In this document: positions 1 to 13,246 of the stretch, one piece after another
Position numbering within the stretch: position 1 is the first letter of the stretch
How the letters are laid out: each line of letters opens with the position of its first letter
From: Octopus sinensis
Taxonomy: Eukaryota
Direction of reading: 5' to 3'
DNA: 64,000 nucleotides
NCBI RefSeq assembly: GCF_006345805.1
Contig: NC_043002.1
Location: 21,762,001 to 21,826,000, forward strand
Position numbers and translations under genes: made by a program
The notes under the pieces: generated by a model
What the model saw: the letters and a program-made list of their open reading frames with translations, nothing else
What the model was told of the DNA's origin: nothing
The model's database searches: none

Positions 1-151
1 TTTATTTTCCTTTCTCCCCTCCTTGAATTTAAAAGAAACATTTCGATTTCATATGTTGTTATATAGTTGTTGCTGATTACATCAAATACACATTGGAGGT
101 TGTTTTAAAGGTCATCATATACACTCACACACGTTCACACATCTTACATAT

Positions 152-204
<53 letters not shown>

Positions 205-1803
205 ATGTGAGAGAGAGAGCACAACATGCATACATAGTCACATATATACACACACATGCATACTCACATTCATATGCACAGAAGATACATACATAATCAC
301 ATATTCATACACTCTCGTACACATTTGTATGCCCACACATACACATTATACATATCACCCACGTATGCACACACACACACACACCCACGGACACATGCAA
401 TTGATATGTGTAAACAAATATAATTCAGAGATGATAAAATCAAAGTGGATTGGGTCAATTTATTAAGTAGTGGTGGTCGCTGTTGTTGTTGTTGTTAAGC
501 CTCAGGTCAACTCTCTTCAAACAGAACTGTAATCAAAAGAGTTTCACACATGACTATCCCATCTTATTTTCAGGATTACATTTTCTATTATTTTTTTTTC
601 AGATACAAGACTATTCTATGAGGGAGATTTAGCTACTATTTCTTATGTGTGGTGTGATTACATAGAAGCTCCCTCATTGGTTTACATATGTTAACTAACA
701 TAGTATCATGTGCATGTGTGAACATATACACTTACACACACACACACACACTACACACATAGTAGGCTTCTTTCAGTTTCCATTTACTAATTTAAGACAA
801 TACAGTCTGATAGAACTGGATGGAACTGGTCTCAAGTGGCTTGTTGTTAAAAGATACTTGTGTTGTTAAAAGAATGTTCTGTGTTCATGACAATCTGAGA
901 TGAGTTCTTCTGAAGGCTTTAGTAGAAGACACTTGCCCAAGATGCCATACAGTGGGACTGAACCTGGAACCACATAGTTGAAAATTGAACTTCTTAATCA
1001 CAGAGCTACACCTGAAACTCAGATGCACACAAATATGAAAAAGGATGGCCACTATTAGAATACTTTTAATCATAGTTCTACTTCAGTATGACTGTCCTGA
1101 AGGCTAAACAGCAAAAACATACACACACAGACACAGCAATTCCTCTTGTGACCTTTGGTTTTTCACTATTCTCTTTTAGTTTTAGAATTGGTTACTCACT
1201 GAAAATGTAGTTAATTTAAAATGTGGGTGTAAGATTTTTTGGTTGTTTTTTTTTCAATTTAGAGTTTATTGTGTTGGCATCAGTTTTTATTTTTCCGAAA
1301 TGTGTGTGTTGTGTACATCTGTTTGTTTAAAAAAGTGTAGATAGGTGAATGTAACTATAATCTCTTCCTCTGAAGTATTAGCATGAATTTTATTGATTGT
1401 ATCAATGTTTATTTGTGTTGCCTTAACTGTGTGCCTGTGCTGTGTGGGTGTGGGTGTATGTGTGTATGTGTGTGCCTGTGCTGTGTGGGTGTGTGTGTGT
1501 GTGCATGTGTGTGTGTGTGTACATGTGTAGGTTGTCAGAAATGTGTATTAAGAGTGTTTATGTATTTCATTTTGTCATTTGTTTAAGTTCATGTGTAGGT
1601 GTAATATTTCCATTTTATTCATACATATATTCAAGCACACATATATGTATACACACATGCACACACACATATGCACAATTATGTACATATACAATAATAT
1701 AGTATGTATATATATATATATATGTCCATACTTGCATGCTTTTGTATATATGTGTGTGAGAAAGAGAGAATAGTTATGGTTCTTAGACAAAAAGTAAAAG
1801 CAT

Positions 1804-1927
1804 TCAACTATAAATATAGTTTAATGGCAATCCTGCTAACAAACAATGACCATGAGTTGGAGTTTTATGTGAAGATAATAATGCCTGACACTCTCCAGGT
1901 GGGCACATCATACATCTAAGTTGAGCA
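1804..1927 (-). CDS. Possible terminal exon of a minus-strand gene (either xLNLDV* or a 40-aa frame AQLRCMMCPPGECQALL...YIYS*)
   Basis: Strong minus-strand acceptor 'ttttctcttttttgttttgcag|' ending at 1928. AATAAA on the minus strand at 1389-1394 and 1265-1270. No partner exon or homology recognised. Confidence 0.25.
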
Positions 1928-2640
1928 CTGCAAAACAAAAAAGAGAAAATTTGCTACATTTGAAACCCTGTATACAAAGCCTTTCAGGAGAAGAAATATA
2001 TATATATTTTTTAATATAAAGGAAAAACTTATAATTATTTGTGTGTGTGTGGCGAGGGTGATAACTCATGATTTAGAGTTGAAGAGTTATTTCTGTGGTT
2101 AGAAGTAAGATCAGTTTAGATATCCAGATCTGGAGGAATGGAATATTATAAGTGGAATGAAGAAGGTATAGATAGATGGAGGAGAAAGAAAAAAAAAGGG
2201 ACTTGGAGAGGGATACAGGAAAAAAGACAGAGGGAAAAAGATGTAGGAAGAAAAGAATAATGAAAGAGAATTATTGTAAAGAGGAAAGGCCCAATGGAGA
2301 GAAGCAGTGGTGGGGAACATTATGTTATTGCTCTAAGGCAGCTTGGACCAGTATTTAAGAATGTACTTCTGCCTGTGTTAACAAGGCATGTACATCTCAG
2401 CTTTTGTATTTAGGTACATTGCAGGTGTGAGGTAACCAGTAAGAATCATGGATTTTTACCCATTGATTTCCAAATAGTTATTAACTCAAGAAATAAATTT
2501 CACATAGAAGAAAGGTAGTAAAACTGAAATGAATGAAATATTTTCTATACATTTATGTGTGTGTGTATAAATATATATTTTTTAGAAAGTTAAAAGTTAT
2601 GGCCAGTCATAGAGTAACCATTGACTTTACTTAGAGTAAA

Positions 2641-2685
2641 GGTGGCTCATCAGACTCAAAGCTTTTTTGAGTCTAATGAGTTGCC
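2641..2685 (+). repeat. 20-bp-arm hairpin
   Basis: ggtggctcatcagactcaaa-gcttt-tttgagtctaatgagttgcc: 16 Watson-Crick pairs, 3 G-U pairs and 1 C-A mismatch. Confidence 0.8.
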
Positions 2686-2696
2686 TATATATATAT

Positions 2697-2915
2697 CATC
2701 ATCATCATCGTTTAACGTCTGCTTTCCATGCTAGCATGGGTTGGATGATTTGACTGAGGACTGGCGAACCAGATGGCTGCACCAGGCTCCAATCTTGATC
2801 TGGCAGAGTTTCTACTGCTGGATGCTCTTCCTAATGCCAACCACTCTGAGAGTGTAGTGGGTGCTTTTATGTGCCACCGGCAGAAGGGCCAGTCAGGCGG
2901 TACTGGCAATGCCAC
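2697..2915 (-). mobile_element. Family C short retroposon (RTE 3'-tail derived)
   Basis: Same tail as 29250-29450: aagcacccactacactc...gcatccagc..tagaaactctgccagatc...ccatgctagcatggaaagc...(gat)n. Confidence 0.85.
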
Positions 2916-3477
2916 GAAAAAATCTTTTTTTTTTGTAAATATTTTTAAAAAATCAATTTATAAAATAATTATGATTATGAGGAGGATTGGGGCTAAAAAA
3001 ACAACAACAGCCCAATGTGTGTGTGTGTGTATGTATGGTGGAAATCAACTCATGACTGAATAAGACCACTTTCTAAACTCATGTACATGTTCCAAGAGTC
3101 CATGGTGTTCCAGTTCATGAATTTGCTTTGAGTGGATAAAGTGTTGCACTGCACTGAACCCACGTTTCTGTACAATCAGCTATAACATGAGTGGCACAAG
3201 AGAGGCTGAGACAACCAGAAATCAACTGCACTTCAGGTTTTTTTTTTATACAGGTTTACCTTCTGTAGAAGGAAGTTCTAATGAGAAGTAGGGGCCTTCC
3301 ATGCTAGTTAACCTATAACTGTTACTATTCCACGTCAGCATAGACATGGGAATAACAATGGCTAAGAGGTGGTTCCACACTCCTCAAAACCCTGGAACTC
3401 GTGAATCAGGGTCCCACCACCAAACGCCCATACGTACATACATACATACACACACACATACATACACACATACATAC

Positions 3478-3612
3478 ATAATACATACACACACATACAC
3501 ATAATACATACACACACGATACATACGCACACATAATACATACGTACACATAATACATACACACACATAATACATACGCACACATAATACATATACACAC
3601 ACATAATACACA
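3478..3612. repeat. ~17-bp minisatellite (ataatacatacgcacac)n within a CA/CATA tract
   Basis: Repeated cacataatacatac units. Confidence 0.8.
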
Positions 3613-4481
3613 CACACATACATGCATACACACACATACACACACACACAGGTGTACACACACATGCTTACATACTCACAGTCCTGTATTGAAATTATGA
3701 GTCTGTGTGGTTGTGTGTGCTTAAACTTAGCTGCAACATAGTTAGCTACAAACACTGAATGAATACACTTCAATGAAAACTATTTCAAGCTGAATGGATT
3801 TAAAACAACAATAAGAACTCTTTACAAATATACAATGGACATATATATACGTGCATAGTATGTATATATATATATATGTATATATATATATGTATGTATA
3901 TATATATATGTATGTATATATATATGTATATATATATATATATATGTATATGTATATAAATATATATATGTATAATGAAAATACACATAAAACAGAAGTA
4001 ATAATAATAATAATAATAATAATAAAACATTGCATCACATTTTTCACAGACAAACAAGCAAACATTTGTGATGGGTTTTGTTAGTATTGTCTTTTGTTTT
4101 TTATTGTCTGTTTTTATGGAACAATCTATATTTTCCTCTTTAGATTTTCTCAAATTTAGAAAAGTTAAATTTTGTTTTATTTGTCTTGTTTATTTTTTTG
4201 TTGTTCTCACATTCTTTTTTTTTTATTGTTTCATCTGGAAGCCACTTAGCAAAATAAGAGATATTAATACTGTTTTTTTTTATCATGAATACTATGGAAG
4301 CCCATATAAAGAGGCACAAAAGGAACTATGGAAAGCTGTTGGAGTAGTCACATTGTTGTGGGGCTAGACTGCGGGGACAGTAAAAGATTGATCAGTATGA
4401 GAATTTTCCTGTTCCTTGGCAGTAGACTCCTCATCTGGGATACCACATGCTGTGACCCCTTCTCCAGCAGCAACTTGGTGT

Positions 4482-4904
4482 GGAGGCACAATGGCCCAAT
4501 GGTTAGGGCAGCGGACTCGTGGTCAGAGGATCGCGATTTCGATTCCCAGACCGGGCGTTGTGTGTGTTTAATGAGCAAAAACACCTAAAGCTCCACGAGG
4601 CTCCGGCAGGGGGTGGTGGCGACCCCTGTTATACTCTTTTGCTCCAACTTTCTCTCTTTCTTTCTGTTTCTTGTCCCCGACTTCCTACGCAACCGCTGAG
4701 CCTGGATGCGCATTGATCCATCTGTCGATCGACTTCCTACGCAACCGCTGAGCCTGGATGCGCATTGATCCATCTGTCGATGCTCTCGGTGTCGGGGGTT
4801 GACCTGCTTTCTCTTCTGCGGGTCTAATGAATAGCAAAAGGACCACGTTTCGGACTTCTCCCATCTGGCGAGTTCTGGGACGAAGACCGTTTGCTCAACA
4901 GCAA
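4482..4904 (+). mobile_element. Young tRNA-derived SINE with a 14-bp TSD
   Basis: A-box-like tggcccaatgg and B-box-like tttcgattccc in the head; CAA/CAG tail; CpG-rich. TSD cagcaacttggtgt at 4468-4481 and 4905-4918. Confidence 0.9.
4678..4781 (+). repeat. Perfect 52-bp tandem duplication inside the SINE
   Basis: cgacttcctacgcaaccgctgagcctggatgcgcattgatccatctgtcgat occurs at 4678-4729 and 4730-4781. Confidence 0.95.
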
Positions 4905-5538
4905 CAGCAACTTGGTGTTGTCAGCTACCAGCCCAGGCTCTGCTGCTTGTCAGGCTGAGAAAAGCAAATTGTCAAAGTATCGGTCACTCTCCAATGGGTT
5001 TATAGTCGGGCCTGTGGCAGTTGAGACCTCCAGCATTCTTCTCCCTCATACCATATCCCAGCTATCAGGGCAGAGATTGTTGTCTGCAAGTGTGAGCCTG
5101 AGTGGCTGTTTCAATACATCTTCCTCACCATCTTCCAAAGCAATGCCATGAGAAATGTTTCTATAGTGTGAGAGGCAAGTTGCTCCGTTAATCCTTCTAT
5201 TTTGACTTAGATAAGAGAGTGTTAATCCCAGGTTGCCCCCAGTATCAAATAAAACTGTGATCAAATGAATTTCAACCCTAGCCATCTCATCTTTTATTCA
5301 GATATAGTGTGTCTAGGGTGAGATTACCCAAAGTGTTCTGTAATTCAGTAGGCCATTATTTGAGACATGTTTTAGCTGTTATTTCTGGAAGACCAAGTGC
5401 TTAAAGGAATGTTTCCTAGTTGGTTCATGGTTGTTGTTGTTGTTGTTATTATGCTTGTTTAACCTCCCCAAGTTGGCTTCATTAAACAAACCTGCTGTGG
5501 TTGAAGGCATTCCAGCTGAAGTCTTCTTGTTTCTTTAA

Positions 5539-5760
5539 CCCTTTAGCATTTAAACCGGCCATATCTGGCCAAAAGTATTCTGCTTGTTTTATGTTCAAAA
5601 TGGCCGGATTTGGCCTCTCACACCTACCCTACAATATCGTTTTAAAAATTAACAGCTACCTCATCAAAATAGAAACCGTTACAAGATAATGCATGATTAG
5701 TTCAAAACAATGTGGATAAAAAAGCATTAATTTGGGCAGAATAATGTGAACACCATAGGG
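5539..5760. mobile_element. piggyBac-type MITE, family 2
   Basis: TTAA|CCCTTTAG...ATAGGG|TTAA. Related copies lie at ~36520-36737 (same orientation) and ~52405-52626 (inverted). Confidence 0.8.
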
Positions 5761-6193
5761 TTAAGAGTGTCTATGAATATGTTATCTCATGTATCTTCTC
5801 TTTACTGCAGATTTGGATGTCTTTTCTAACAAGCCAAATGACCCTGTTGAGGCTTCGACATCAACTCAACCTTGGTCATATTTTCTTATTTGTTCTTTAA
5901 GTCCATAATGTTGTTGGAGAGGATAGGCGATAAGCCCAGAAGCAACTGTTATCCTGTGAACATAAATATTTTTTTTCTTTTACTTGTTTCGGTCATTTGA
6001 CTGCAGCCATGCTGGAGCAACACCTTTCATTAAACAAATTGACCCCAGGACTTATTCTTTGTAAGCCTAGTGCTTATTCTATTAGTTTTTTTTGCCAAAC
6101 CACTAAGTAACGGGGACGTAAACATGCCAACATCAGTTGTCAAGTGATGGTAGGGGGACAAACAGAGACACACAAATACATACATACATACAC

Positions 6194-6232
<39 letters not shown>

Positions 6233-6270
6233 TACACATACACACACACTCACACACATTCATACACACA

Positions 6271-6323
<53 letters not shown>

Positions 6324-8413
6324 GTTATTGGAGTGGTTGGCGTTAGGAATGGCATCTAGCTGTAGAAACTTTGCCATATCAGATTGGAGCCTGGTACAGC
6401 CTTCTGGCTTACCAGCCACAGTCAAACAGTCCAAACCATGCCAGCATGGAAAGCAGACATTAAACGACGACGACTATGATAACAATGTATGGACACAGTC
6501 CAGTGATGAACATCTGCTTAAAGATCATATAAGGTTGCAGACAGCAGAAGTAGTACAATGACAAATAAAATGGTTCTTAGTTTTGAGTTTAGAAAGCTTT
6601 TTGTTGTTGGACCCCTTTCATTCCTCAAGCTTTTGATGAGCACCAGTCAAGTACCTGAGTTGATCTAGATTAATACATGTGGTTTTGTACTTACATAAGG
6701 AATCATAATCATTACTATTATAATCTTTGACATCATGATTATCTTCATAATTACATTCATCATTACAGTTAATGTCATCATCATTATCATCAGCAGCAAC
6801 AGTGACAGCATCATCACTCATCATCATCATTACAATTTCTGTTGTTGGATGTTCACATTTTTCCCCCCACATCATGTTTGTGTGGGTTGTACAGATCTGT
6901 AATAGGACATGTCTCCCCCAACTCCATTTTCTGTCCTGTAATATGACTATCTCTTCTATGAGAACTCTGCATCCTTCGATCTAACCTCAGCGCTTCTTTC
7001 CCTGTCTTTTGTTAGCTTTTATCTTGACATGGCCACCTCCCATTGTCATCCTAGTACATTATGAAAACTTTCACTGCTCATGGCCACTTGGGAACCTCAA
7101 ACCACCATCAGTTCTTCTCATAGCCCAACTATCCTGTTATTTTATCCTGCTTGCTTGATTGATTTATTGATTGGTTGATTGATTACTCTGTCTGCTCTGT
7201 TATCTCAGAAACTACTGAAGCTTAGAAATACAAATTATTTTATCAAATAAACTTCATTTTTGTTTTAAATATTGCTGCACTGCAATTGGCAAGGTGCTGC
7301 AGTGGACTGCTTTCCATGTGATCCTTTCTCTTTGTAATACAAAAGAAGGGAGGTGGCAGGATGGCCACATCACACACTCAAATGCACAACCCACTGCATC
7401 ATGAGCAACCAGTATTTCCTTACTTGTAAAACAGGTAAGGGTTTGCAACAGGAAGTTCATCTAGTCACCGCCTCAAATATGTAACTATCCGACTTATGCC
7501 AGAATTAAAAAAACATTTAAAGCAAATGAATAAATTGCTAGGTATTTTATTTTAAGTAAGGTATTTTGATATAAGCTGCCCCGTACGCAGCTCTGTCCTC
7601 AATGTCAACCTCTATCTGGTTCTCAATATGCTGAAAATAGCTACCATATATCTCTCAATTCATACCCTCACTGTCATAAAAGAGGGGCACATTGGAAAAT
7701 GATAATGTAGACCTTGATGCCTTGCTTCCAAGATGGCAGGGTAGTCATGGGTGGAATGCCTTTGATCAGAGGTCTGTTTTACCAGGGTGCAATGAGCTGT
7801 GGTTAAGAAACAACAACTTGTTGAGCAAGTTCTAATTTATATGAAAATAACAAAATGCATCACAAATATATTGATACACACAATGGTACAATATTTTTCA
7901 GATATTGATATAGTCACATAAAAATTATAGTGACATAAAAATCATCTTTATGTCAGTGTCATTTTAGCATCCACTTTTCCATGTTTGCATGGGTCAGAAG
8001 GAATTCATTGATGCCCTTCCTGATGCCAACCCTCACCATTTTGCAAGCAATGTAATATTTTCTCATTGCCAGACATGCTTTCAAGAAACACTGGAAATGA
8101 ACAGTGCCATTTCTATGATGGTTTTGATTGTTTTATAACTGTTGCATAATGTCAAGACAAGGCGACTCGCACACATTTGCATGAACATGCACACATATAC
8201 TTACATAAGCTATGGTTTTGGCCCTACATGTGATGTGCTTCTTTCAGTTTCCATTTGCCAAATCCTATCACAAGGCTTTGCTCAGCAAAGGCTATAGTAG
8301 AATATACTTCCCCACTGTGCCACACTGTAGAACTGAACCCAAAACCATGTGGCTATAATGTGAACTTCTTAGCCACACGGCCAGTAAAATGTAGAGCAAT
8401 ATTTTCTACCTTA

Positions 8414-8830
8414 AGGCGGCAAGCTGGCAGAAACGTTAGCACGCCGGGCGAAATGCTTAGCGATATTTGTCTGCCGTTACGTTTTGTGTTCAAATTCCAC
8501 CAAGGTCAACTTTGCCTTTCATCCTTTCGGGGTCAATTAAATAAGTACCAGTTACGCACTGGGGTCGATATAATCAACTTAATCCATTTGTCTGTCCTTG
8601 TTTGCCCCATCTATGTTTAGCCCCTTGTGGGCAATAAAGAAATAGGTATTTCTTCTGCTGTTATGTTCTGAGTTCAAAGTCTGCCAAGGTCAACTTTGCC
8701 TTTCATCTTTTCGGGGTTGATTAAATAAGTACCAGTTAATCAATGGGATCGATGTAATTGACTTAATTCCCTTGTCTGACCTTGTTTGTCCCCTCTATGT
8801 TTAGCCCCTTATGGGCAATAAAGAAATAAC
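8414..8830 (+). mobile_element. SINE family B, head-to-tail ~1.8-mer inside one TSD
   Basis: Full unit 8414-~8645, then a second copy lacking the 5' head. TSD tattttctacctta at 8400-8413 and 8831-8844. Confidence 0.85.
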
Positions 8831-10689
8831 TATTTTCTACCTTAGATAGCAACGCTTTCAGATTAGAGTCTCTATAAAAATTGGTAAAACAAAATAATAC
8901 AAAATGTTTGTTGGAGTAGCAGAATCATTAGAATGTTAGACAAAATACCTTCCAGTATTTGTTCTGCCTCTCTACATTCTGAGTTCAAATTCTGCTGAAG
9001 TTATGTTTTCCTTGCATTCTTTTGGAGTCAATAAATTAATAAAGTACCATCCAACTGTTTGGGTCTATTTAACCAACTGTTGATCTCTGCAAATGTGCAA
9101 TGAACTAGCAGAAGTCAGCTGAACCCCCATCTAAGTATGTAGCTCCTATGGCAGGTGAAGTGAGACATCAGTTGGAGTACACTGTCGTTACATCAATATC
9201 ATCCATCTGCAACACCCTGTATCACTGCAAATACAACACACACACACACAACATGCACATCTTGCCTATCACTGACACATATGCATAGTCTCTCTTTCTT
9301 TCTCTCTTTCCCTCCCTCTCTCTCTTTCTCTCCCTTCCCCTCTCTCTTCCCCTCCTCCCCCTCTCTCTAAAAGCTGACCCCTTTAAAAAAGATAATACAA
9401 ATGAAGAAGAAAATGAATTGTTAATTGAACAAAAATGTATTTAAATATTAGTTTCACATTTTGGCACAAGGCCAGCAATTTCAGGGGAAAAGATAAGTCA
9501 ATTACATTGCCTCCCACCTCCACCCCCGAGCACAACTGGTACTTATTTTATCGACCCTGTAAGAAGAAAGGCTAAGTTTACCATGGCAGCATTTGAACTC
9601 GGGACATAAAGATGGATGGCATGCCGCGAATTTCATCTTTCTCCATTCTCTTACATAACCAGAAGACACAATTATTTAAAAGTCAACCCAAAACGTTAGC
9701 AAACAAAAAGAGAATGACTATTATTTTTTCTGTTAGTATGTAATCAGTATTTGAATTTTCAGTATATTGTGTACAACTGTTATTATTGTTATAGCTATCA
9801 ATGTCTGAAAGACCCTAAGTAGTTATGTAGCATTGTAATATGAACACACTTCGTGATACATGTGGTCAATATTTGAATGTGTTAAGGCAGCAAGCTGGCA
9901 CAGTTGTTAGCATGCTGGGCAAAATGTTTAGCGGCGTGTCATCCATTTTTATGTCCTGAGTTCAAATGCTGCCAAAACCAAGTTTTATGGGTTGTTGCAA
10001 CATGAAGTAATGTAATTTAATGATGTTATCCTCCAACAAGCAACCTGATGTGAAGGTTTTCAACAGTTTGGATTCCGCTAAAGATACCCCAGGGCCAGAT
10101 GGTGGGGATATTAACAGTTTCTACCTACCTAGTAAAATTAGGTAGGGAGAAACTATTGATCATGGTGCCAGTGTGTGGCACTGAAGCAAGAACCATATGA
10201 TTGCAAAGAGAGTTTCTTCAACACATGGCTATACCCGCAAGTATGCATGTAGTTAGGTTTAGTTGGTATTTGAAGTGAGGATCTTTAGCACTTGAGGTGA
10301 GTGATGTCAGAGAATCAGATAGGTCTGGCCTGGGACTGAACATATTGTGACAATTACCATTCTTAGTTTTCTGAAGCATCATGGAAGGTCTTCATTTTTG
10401 TGCATCAACTTCAAAATTATATTTGCTCTCTAATTTGACAAAATGGAAATCTCAGGCATTTTAGAATAATTTTGGTCATTTTTTTCAACATTCTTTGCAA
10501 AATCTGGGGGGTTTTTTTCTGGTTTTTTCCTCACTTTTTTTTTCCAATGTTGTTCAAAACAGAATCTGATGGATGGAAAATTAAGTCATTTAAGATCTTA
10601 ATCTAAAATTGAAATTTTTTTTTTCTAAAGTGTTATTATAATATTCATTAAAAAAAAATGTGTTGCCTGCTTTTGTGGCCTCTGCCACT

Positions 10690-12230
10690 TGTCATCAGTA
10701 TAATATCACCATTGTCATCATGAACCTCCTCTTCCACATCATCATCATTGCTCATCATTCATCAATGTTCATCATCATTCTTCATTATTCTCATCGTTCA
10801 TCATTATCATAATCACTTCCCACACACATATTATCCTTAAGAACTCCATTAGTTCCTCTTCCACACTACACAAACACCATCATGCCCCCTATTTCACCTT
10901 CACTACAACCCTTATCAACATTATTGTTACTAAAAGCAGCAGTAGCAACAATAAGACATCAGCTATTTGAACCAACCTTAAACCTCATGATTAGCAACAA
11001 TAGCACCATGCCAGCTCAACAAATACCAGTGTCCCCTTCAGTAAAATCACCACTGTCATCATCATCATCACATCATGATAACTCTAAGCTACCCCATCAT
11101 CATCATTAGCAACATTATGATATTGTCAGAACTCTTACCACCACCATCAACAACGTCGTCATCACCATTAACATCCCCACATCAACATGAATAACATTAC
11201 AACCATCTTCATCATTGTCGTCATCACTATTAGCAACATCATCAGCATTAGAAATAGCATCAACGACAGTGCCATCACCATTAGCAACAACAATATCATC
11301 CTATCAGCCTATACGGCTAACACTATCATCAGCACCAACATCATCCTCACTAGTAACAATAACATCAACATCACCACATCACTACAACTAACACCATCCA
11401 CATTAGCAACACTGTCACTGTCATCACTATTAGCAACATCAACATCGTCTGCACAACACCATCACCATCATCACCCCACCACCACCAGAAACACCTTTAC
11501 CATTGGCAACAACAACAGCAACAATATATCAATGCAACTAACATTTTTGTCACCATTAGCAACCATATTAACATCATTGAGAGCCTTTATATGATTACTT
11601 TACCTGCTAGAGATAGAGCACAAACCTTCCTCAAGTTACATTTTACCATTGAAGGACACATGAAATAATATAATCATTGATACATAATGACTGCAAAAAA
11701 GGTGTGAGGGTCATACTCGGTATGTCTTTGAAAGTTGCTGGATCAGGATCTGATAATGAAGCTAAACAACAATTCAAGCTGGCAGAACCATTAGCATGCC
11801 AAGCAAAATGCTAAACAGCATTTCATCTGTCTTTGTGTTTTGAGTTCAAATTCTGCCATGGTTGACTTTGCCTTTCATTCTTTCTGGGTCGATAAAATAA
11901 GTACCAGTTGAGCCCTGGGATTGATGTAATCGACTTATGCCTTCCCCTAAAATTTGCTGTCCTTGCATCAAAATTTGAAATCAGTCTTTATTACCATTAT
12001 TATTGTCATCTTCACTGCTAACAGCAAACTACTACAACAACACTAACACATTTGCAATGGTACTGACATTGCATTTACTACAAACACCATCATGGCATCA
12101 CCAACAACATTATTTCTGCTACCATTATCACTAAAAACAACAAAAACAACATCATCTATTAAAACATTGTCACTTCCACTATTACCTCTACCATCATCAC
12201 CAACTATTTTACCTAAAATAGTACCACTAG
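10690..12230. repeat. Degenerate CAT/CAA/CAC triplet low-complexity tract
   Basis: Decayed trinucleotide periodicity; explains the Ile/Thr/Asn-rich ORFs. Confidence 0.75.
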
Positions 12231-12515
12231 CCTAGAACGTATGTCCCTTTGATGTTTTTTTTATTTTTTTATTTTCATAATTGCAATCTTTTCATAGATC
12301 TTTTGATACTTTGATCACCAATTAACTGCAAAATAGGTAAAAAAAATATGTTTCCTGTATCTTTTGGAATTTCTGCTATTAGCAATTTCCATTGCTGGGA
12401 GTGGGGAGAAGGGTGTGAGGTTTATTTAATTTTTTTTTGGGGGGGGTTCTGAACTTCAAAGCAGGCTGACATATTTTTTCTTTTGTGGTTTCTTTTTTTC
12501 TGTAGGGAGTTAAGC

Positions 12516-12740
12516 TGTGATTGAATGTATTTCTGTCAAAAGATTTGACAGGTGGGAAACTCAGGTGCGAGGTGTGATTGGATGAATTTTTGTCAAGAAT
12601 TTTGTATGGGATGGAGAATGGCTATGATTGGATGATATTTGTCAAAAAATATCACAAGTGGAGAGCTTGGGCGTGAGGTGTGATTGGATAGTTTTTGTTA
12701 AAAAGTTTGGTTGGGATTGAACTAGAGTATGATTGCACAA
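12516..12740. repeat. Diverged minisatellite with alternating ~57/50-bp units
   Basis: t(g/a)tgattg starts at 12516, 12573, 12623, 12679 and 12728; the first four are followed by a t-run and gt(c/t)aa. Confidence 0.75.
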
Positions 12741-12819
12741 TTGTTATTTTTTTTTAATCTGTTTTGGCTTGGTTTCCATACTTCAATACACATCTATACA
12801 AATGTGTTTATGTGTATAC

Positions 12820-13012
12820 ACTTTAACTTGTTTCAGTCATTTGACTGTGGCTATGCTGGAGCACCACCTTTAGTTGAGAAAATTGACCCCAGGACTTATT
12901 CTTTATAAGCCTAGTACTTATTCTATCAGTCTCTTTTGCTGAACTGCTAAGTTACAGGGGCGTAAGCACACATGCGATGTTGGGGGATGGGGTGACAAAC
13001 ACAGACACACAA

Positions 13013-13083
<71 letters not shown>

Positions 13084-13246
13084 CGACGGGCTTCTTTAAG
13101 TTTCCATCTACCAAATTCACTCACAAGGCTTTGGTTGGCCCGAGGCTATAGTAGAAGACATTTTGCCCAAGTTGCCACGTAGTGGGACTGAACCCGGAAC
13201 CATGTGGTTCCTAAGCAAGCTACTTACTACACAGCCACTCCTACAC
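12820..13246 (-). mobile_element. SINE family A (tRNA head, internal (TA)n(TG)n tract)
   Basis: Reverse complement of the family A copies at 16067, 28291 and 33510. Confidence 0.88.

Larger units (their letters stand above)
4300..5170 (+). mobile_element. CRE-clade-like non-LTR retrotransposon 3' remnant (restriction-like endonuclease region), split by a SINE
   Basis: Joined translation GLDCGDSKRLISMRIFLFLGSRLLIWDTTCCDPFSSSNLVLSATSPGSAACQAEKSKLSKYRSLSNGFIVGPVAVET fits the pattern GLxRxDGKRPDG...WDxTCxD...AExxKxxKY...PxAVET. Confidence 0.75.

Noticed and set aside
3255-3430. Plus-strand acceptor ttttttttatacag followed by complex sequence
   Set aside because: Early stops and no convincing donor in an open frame.
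4482-4560. tRNA gene
   Set aside because: It is the tRNA-like head of a TSD-flanked SINE, with no complete cloverleaf; the same applies to 56761 and the family A heads.
6618-6875. Asp/Asn-rich minus-strand ORF with an internal GTAAGT donor
   Set aside because: Decayed (GAT)n tract with no matching acceptor identified.
9109-9275. Stop-free stretch QKSAEPPSKYVAPMAGEVRH... as a possible exon
   Set aside because: No convincing polypyrimidine acceptor, it runs into a CA repeat, and no motif was recognised.
11187-11594. 135-aa Ile/Thr/Asn-rich ORF
   Set aside because: Degenerate triplet tract with no splice or homology support.
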